Origin: Vulcanimicrobiota bacterium
Lineage (GTDB): Bacteria > Vulcanimicrobiota > Vulcanimicrobiia > Vulcanimicrobiales > Vulcanimicrobiaceae
Assembly (NCBI GenBank): GCA_003135555.1
Contig: PLCF01000007.1
Coordinates: 1 to 10,948, forward strand
Length of the DNA stretch: 10,948 nucleotides
Reading direction: 5' to 3'
Shown here: positions 7,232 to 10,948 of the stretch, piece after piece
How the letters are laid out: every line of letters begins with the position of its first letter
Position numbering within the stretch: position 1 is the stretch's first letter
The notes under the pieces: model-generated
Told to the model about the DNA's origin: nothing
Seen by the model: the letters and a program-made list of their open reading frames with translations, nothing else
Databases searched by the model: none
Program-made: the position numbers and the translations under genes

Positions 7232-8250
7232 GCTAACGCCGCGACCTCACCCAGCACGCCCAGCGTTTGCGTGGTGCAGCGCTCCCACGAGAACGCCGCC
7301 GCGCGCGCCGGACCGCGCGCGCCCAAGGCTGTGCGCGCGGAGTCGTCGGCCAACAGCGCGCGCAAACTGCCGGCCCATGCCGCCGGGTCGTGGGCGTCGT
7401 CGACCCAGGCCGCGGCGTCGCCGCCGACCTCCGGGAGCGATCCCGCGCGCGCCGCCAAGGTGGGCGTGCCACACGCCATCGCCTCGAGCAGCGGGAACCC
7501 GAAGCCTTCATAGGTCGACGGGACGGCGACCAGCGCCGCGCCGCGGTACAGCCCGACCAGCGCGGCGTCGTCGGGTGCATCGACGACGACGCCGCCGCGC
7601 GGCAGCACCGGCGGCCGGCGGGTGAACGCCAGCATCACGTCGCCGCCCGGGAACGCGCGCTCGAACGCATCGATGAGCGTGCGCGTGTTCTTGCGCTCGT
7701 CGTGGGCGCCGACGTGGAGGACGTAGCGGCCGTGCAGCCCGGCCGGCAGCGGGCCGCCGGCGCCGGGCGTGAAGGCCGCGTCGACCGCCAGCGGCGTGAC
7801 CACGATGCGCGCCGCGTCGACGCCCAGTCGCCGTTCCACCTCGCCGGCGGTGAACTGCGACTGAACCAGAATGCGTCGGGCGGTCGCGGCGGTAGCGAGA
7901 AATGGGTTTTGTTCGGTCGCGCGCCGGCGCGCGTCGGCGGCGGGGAACGCGAACGGCGCCGCGTCGTGGACGGTGGCGACGGCCGGCACGTCGGTGCGCA
8001 CGAACATCCCGTTCCACGGAAACCATGCGACATCGGCGTCGGGCGGGATGCGCCGAGCCACGGTCACCGTTGCTTGCCCGATCGCGTGCGCGATCGCGCT
8101 GCGCTTGGGCCACAGGTCGCGCACGACGAAGGTCCAGCGGAAGGCCGGGTCGCGCACCGCGCGCGACAGCACCGCGCGAGCGTACCGGCCGATACCGCGA
8201 TCGTCGCGCGCGAGATTGTGTGCGTCCACCGCGACGTGGACGCGCCTCAC
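7228..8250 (-). CDS. Glycosyltransferase family 4, MtfB/WbaZ-like mannosyltransferase type (340 aa)
   Basis: Motifs VAVDA...RGIGRYA, TVHDAAP, SQFTAGEV, RKNTRTLI and PSTYEGFGFPLLEAMACGTP. The GTG at 8250 forms a GTGA overlap with the stop at 8247-8249. The ORF-track start at 8571 is too far upstream. Confidence 0.92.
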   Translation of the reverse strand: MRRVHVAVDAHNLARDDRGIGRYARAVLSRAVRDPAFRWTFVVRDLWPKRSAIAHAIGQATVTVARRIPPDADVAWFPWNGMFVRTDVPAVATVHDAAPFAFPAADARRRATEQNPFLATAATARRILVQSQFTAGEVERRLGVDAARIVVTPLAVDAAFTPGAGGPLPAGLHGRYVLHVGAHDERKNTRTLIDAFERAFPGGDVMLAFTRRPPVLPRGGVVVDAPDDAALVGLYRGAALVAVPSTYEGFGFPLLEAMACGTPTLAARAGSLPEVGGDAAAWVDDAHDPAAWAGSLRALLADDSARTALGARGPARAAAFSWERCTTQTLGVLGEVAALA

Positions 8251-9080
8251 CCACGGCCTTTCGGGCACGGCGGCAAGTCGGTGTAGCCTCCTTGATCGGT
8301 ATGCTTGATGATGTATTGGATCAGCGGCGGAAAGGTCGACGGGTCGCTGCCCGCCGGCGGGAAGCGCAGGGTGGTGACGAAGTTCGGGTTCTTCAAGTTC
8401 GTGTCGGACCATGGATCGGTCTGCTCGCCGTTGGGATACGGCCACACGTACGGAAAGCGCGCGGTCTCGGTGTGACCGTCGGGGAAGCTCACCGTCGCCT
8501 GGACCGGCTCGAACGCGGTGCCGTTGGAATACCTCGGCGCCGCGGTTGGTTTGAAATCGACGAAGCCGCACGGCGAGTTCGCGTTGACGGCGCCGTTCCC
8601 GGTCCCGGTGTTGCCGCTGCCTGTTCCGCCCAGGCCGCCGCCGGTTCCCGGGGCTTGACCGCTGCCGTTGCCGGGGCCCGAGCCGGTCCCTGCCCCGGCG
8701 GCATGCGGGTCGGCATACGTTCCCGTCGGCGCCTTAGCGATCGCCTTGTGCGCGCCGCCGCCGCGGTGCCGCGCCGGGTGGCCCTTCGCACGGGCCGCAA
8801 TCTGCTGGACCGGTGCCGGGGTGCTGTGCGGCGGCGGCGTGATGCGCGGCTCGGGCGTCGGCGGTTGCGTCGGCTGCGGCGTGGGTGTCGGTTTGGGCGT
8901 GCGTCGCGGCGTCGGCGTCGGACGCGGCGTCTCCATGACGATGCGCGTCGCCACCGCGTCGCGCTCGGTATCCGCCGTGTGATCGGGGCCGTGAAGAAGA
9001 CCCAGGGCGATCTCGTGCGATCCGATGGCGAGCGCGACGGCGACGATCATGCGATCGCGGTAGCGCCTCAAGTCGATCAC
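8247..9080 (-). CDS. Membrane-anchored Pro/Thr- and Gly-rich protein with TonB-like architecture and an unrecognised C-terminal domain (start uncertain: 9080, 9050 or 9113)
   Basis: Basic N-terminus, then a His-containing TM (IVAVALAIGSHEIALGLL), a TPRPTPTPRRTPKPTPTPQPTQPPTP linker, a GAGTGSGPGNGSG Gly-rich stretch, and a ~115-aa globular domain bounded by two Cys. The GTG at 9113 lies inside the terminator stem, so 9080 is preferred. Confidence 0.75.
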   Translation of the reverse strand: MIDLRRYRDRMIVAVALAIGSHEIALGLLHGPDHTADTERDAVATRIVMETPRPTPTPRRTPKPTPTPQPTQPPTPEPRITPPPHSTPAPVQQIAARAKGHPARHRGGGAHKAIAKAPTGTYADPHAAGAGTGSGPGNGSGQAPGTGGGLGGTGSGNTGTGNGAVNANSPCGFVDFKPTAAPRYSNGTAFEPVQATVSFPDGHTETARFPYVWPYPNGEQTDPWSDTNLKNPNFVTTLRFPPAGSDPSTFPPLIQYIIKHTDQGGYTDLPPCPKGRG

Positions 9081-9103
9081 GATGCGTTCTCTTCGGCGGG
9101 ACG

Positions 9104-9130
9104 AAAAAGCCACCCCGGGCGGGGTGGCTT
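9104..9130 (-). terminator. Rho-independent terminator downstream of the 9163-9456 gene
   Basis: Perfect 10-bp stem AAGCCACCCC-(4 nt)-GGGGTGGCTT (9107-9130). On the minus strand it ends ...GGGGTGGCTTTTT. Confidence 0.8.
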
Positions 9131-9162
9131 CAACGTCGTTCTCCCGTCAGCTCTCGTCGCCC

Positions 9163-9456
9163 TTACGGCGAAACGCCGTATTGGCTGAGGTACCAGGAGC
9201 GGACTTGCGCGTCGGTCGGATAGTAGCCGTGACGCTGATAGAAGGACTGGCGATAGGACGCCTGCCGGCGCGTCGATTCGCGTTGCTGTTCGCGCTTCGC
9301 ACGGACTTTGTGGTTGTAGTTGGTGACCAGGATCGCCGCCGCCGCGCCGCCGATGAGGATGTTGCGGGTACTAGCGGCACCGTTAGCCAGCGCCGGCGCA
9401 ACCGCGCCAAAGGTCATCGTCGCGGCGAGCGCCGCCGCTGTCAGCGTTTTGTTCAT
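9163..9456 (-). CDS. Small secreted hypothetical protein (97 aa)
   Basis: ATG 9456 with GGAG 5 nt upstream. Sec signal peptide MNKTLTAAALAATMTFGAVAPALA|N, then hydrophobic STRNILIGGAAAAILVTNY and an Arg/Gln/Tyr-rich tail. Followed by a terminator. Confidence 0.85.
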   Translation of the reverse strand: MNKTLTAAALAATMTFGAVAPALANGAASTRNILIGGAAAAILVTNYNHKVRAKREQQRESTRRQASYRQSFYQRHGYYPTDAQVRSWYLSQYGVSP

Positions 9457-9608
9457 AGCTTCTCCATTGTTCCCCGAATCGAGGAAAGATCGCACAGGGG
9501 GGAACGAGCCGTGAGGTGGCCGAGGTTCCCCCGCAGCGCTTGCCGTCTCCGCGGAGCGAGCAAATGTGACCGCAGGCCACATCGAGCCGAGGGCGAAGCG
9601 GGCGAGCC

Positions 9609-10127
9609 GTGAGCGTGCCCATCGAACAGCTGATCCGCGCGATCCCCGACTTTCCGATTCCCGGGATTCTGTTTCGCGACATCACCCCGCTGTTGGCCGA
9701 TCCGAAGGGCTTTCAAGCGACCATCGACTTGTTCGTGGAGCGCTTCCGCGACGCTCGGGTGGAAGCCGTGGTCGGGATCGAAGCACGCGGTTACATGCTT
9801 GGAGCACCGGTGGCCTACGCGCTGGGCGCGGGGTTCGTCCCGGTCCGTAAACCCGGCAAGCTCCCCGGCGAGAAGTTCAGCGAGCAGTACGCGCTGGAGT
9901 ACGGGACCAACACCCTGGAGATCCACGCCGACGCCGTCGGGCACGGCCATCGGGTCCTCGTGGTCGACGACCTGCTCGCCACCGGCGGCACGATCGCCGC
10001 GACCCTGCGGCTGCTCAAGAAGCTCGGGGCGAACGTGGTCGGGACCGCCGTCCTCATCGAGCTCGAAGCCCTAGGCGGCCGAGCCGCCCTCGAAGACGTC
10101 GAGCTGACGAGCTTTATACGGTATTAA
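9609..10127 (+). CDS. apt: Adenine phosphoribosyltransferase
   Basis: Motifs IPDFPIPGILFRDITPLL, GIEARGY, RKPGKLP, YALEYG and the PRPP-binding VLVVDDLLATGGT. Length 172 aa; located directly upstream of rel. Confidence 0.98.
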   Translation: MSVPIEQLIRAIPDFPIPGILFRDITPLLADPKGFQATIDLFVERFRDARVEAVVGIEARGYMLGAPVAYALGAGFVPVRKPGKLPGEKFSEQYALEYGTNTLEIHADAVGHGHRVLVVDDLLATGGTIAATLRLLKKLGANVVGTAVLIELEALGGRAALEDVELTSFIRY

Positions 10128-10277
10128 AGGCGCTCCGCCCCCGGCTCCGCGCCCCCGACGCCTAGGGCGTGGGGCCCCCGGGTCCGACCTCGCAACGACA
10201 CCGTCGCGGGGCTCGATAGTCCTGTGCTCGGTCCATGACCAGGTTGCGGCTGCGGGCCCGTGCTTTTCGCGCACCCT

Positions 10278-10307
10278 TTGCGTTGCGCGCTGGGTCTCCG
10301 ATAAGAT
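10278..10307 (+). promoter_or_regulatory. Putative housekeeping sigma70-type promoter for rel
   Basis: TTGCGT (10278-10283), an 18-nt spacer, then TAAGAT (10302-10307). The -10 ends 15 nt before the rel ATG and sits in an AT-rich patch of GC-rich DNA. Confidence 0.5.
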
Positions 10308-10322
10308 AAGGGCTCCATCCCG

Positions 10323-10948
10323 ATGACCATCACCGATCTCGTCACCAAGCTCCAGCAGTACGACCCGTCGCTGGACGGGGCGTGGCTGGAACGCGTCTAC
10401 GAGACCGCCGACCGCGCGCACGAGGGTCAGCACCGCGCCTCGGGTGAGTCCTACATTGCCCACCCGCTCTCGGTCGCCGACATCCTGGCCGACTTGGAGA
10501 TGGACCGCGACACGATCGCGGCGGCGTTGCTGCACGACGTCGTCGAGGATACCGTCCTCACCAACGAGGAGGTGGCCGAGCAGTTCGGCGCCGAGATCGC
10601 AGCGCTCGTCGACGGCGTCACCAAGCTCACCCGCATCCCGTATCAATCCAAAGAAGATGCGCAGGTCGAGAACTTGCGCAAGATGTTCCTGGCGATGGCC
10701 AAGGACATCCGGGTCATCATCATCAAGCTCGCCGACCGCCTGCACAACATGCGCACGCTGGCGAGCTTGCCGGCGCCCAAGCAGCAGGCTATCGCGCGCG
10801 AGACGATCGAGATCTACGCGCCGATCGCGCACCGGCTGGGGATCTGGCGTGTGAAGTGGGATCTCGAGGACCTGTCGCTGCGCTACCTCGACCCCGACGC
10901 CTACCGCGACATCGCCGAGCGCGTTGCGAAGAAGCGCGTGGAGCGCGA
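10323..10948 (+). CDS. rel: Bifunctional (p)ppGpp synthetase/hydrolase Rel (RelA/SpoT family), N-terminal part, 3' truncated; absent from the ORF track
   Basis: Translated by hand: MTITDLVTKLQQY...AHEGQHRASGESYIAHP...AALLHDVVEDT...LVDGVTKL...ENLRKMFLAMAKDIRVIIIKLADRLHNMRTL...YAPIAHRLGI. The HD hydrolase motif is intact. An in-frame TAA at 10302 fixes the start. Confidence 0.97.
   Translation, partial: MTITDLVTKLQQYDPSLDGAWLERVYETADRAHEGQHRASGESYIAHPLSVADILADLEMDRDTIAAALLHDVVEDTVLTNEEVAEQFGAEIAALVDGVTKLTRIPYQSKEDAQVENLRKMFLAMAKDIRVIIIKLADRLHNMRTLASLPAPKQQAIARETIEIYAPIAHRLGIWRVKWDLEDLSLRYLDPDAYRDIAERVAKKRVER

Noticed and set aside
8850..8935. Short tandem-like GGCGTC/GGCGT repeats as a CRISPR or VNTR
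   Set aside because: They simply encode the Pro-Thr linker. There is no repeat-spacer periodicity.
5505..9188. Plus-strand ORFs opposite the GT operon (5505-6320, 6152-7513, 7267-8286, 7902-9188)
   Set aside because: They are antisense shadows of clear GT4 genes and the Pro-rich gene.
9565..9581. CRP/FNR/Rex site (TGTGA...CACA)
   Set aside because: The spacer is 7 nt rather than 6 and the right half is CCACA. It is kept only as a generic palindrome.
10179..10260. tRNA or SRP RNA in the apt-rel spacer
   Set aside because: There is no TTCRA T-loop or CCA end with correct arm sizes, and no SRP CAGG...GGAAGCAGC motif on either strand.
10071..10854. ORFs 10071-10832(-) and 10444-10854(+)
   Set aside because: They are shadows of rel, which runs off the window end and so is missing from the ORF track.

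Overview
High-GC bacterial chromosomal window built on the conserved secD-secF-(recJ slot)-apt-rel backbone. It contains the 3' end of secD, a secF with a long charged C-terminal tail, apt, and the 5' part of a bifunctional rel (RelA/SpoT). The slot usually filled by recJ in Firmicutes-type loci holds a three-module DNA-repair protein: a HIRAN domain, a RecQ-like SF2 helicase core lacking the Zn-binding cysteines, and a C-terminal domain resembling the RecJ C-terminal domain. No DHH nuclease domain is visible. Between this gene and apt lies a ~5.8 kb block of envelope genes. These are a 58-aa two-TM protein missed by the ORF track, two divergent lipoproteins (one DUF3465-like), a translationally coupled minus-strand operon of a TonB-like Pro/Thr-rich protein plus three GT4 glycosyltransferases, and a small secreted protein with its own terminator. 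Several intergenic regions carry notable inverted repeats. No rRNA, tRNA, CRISPR or transposase was seen. The gene content is reminiscent of Eremiobacterota (WPS-2), but this is an unverified impression. All family assignments come from motif recognition by eye, not database searches.
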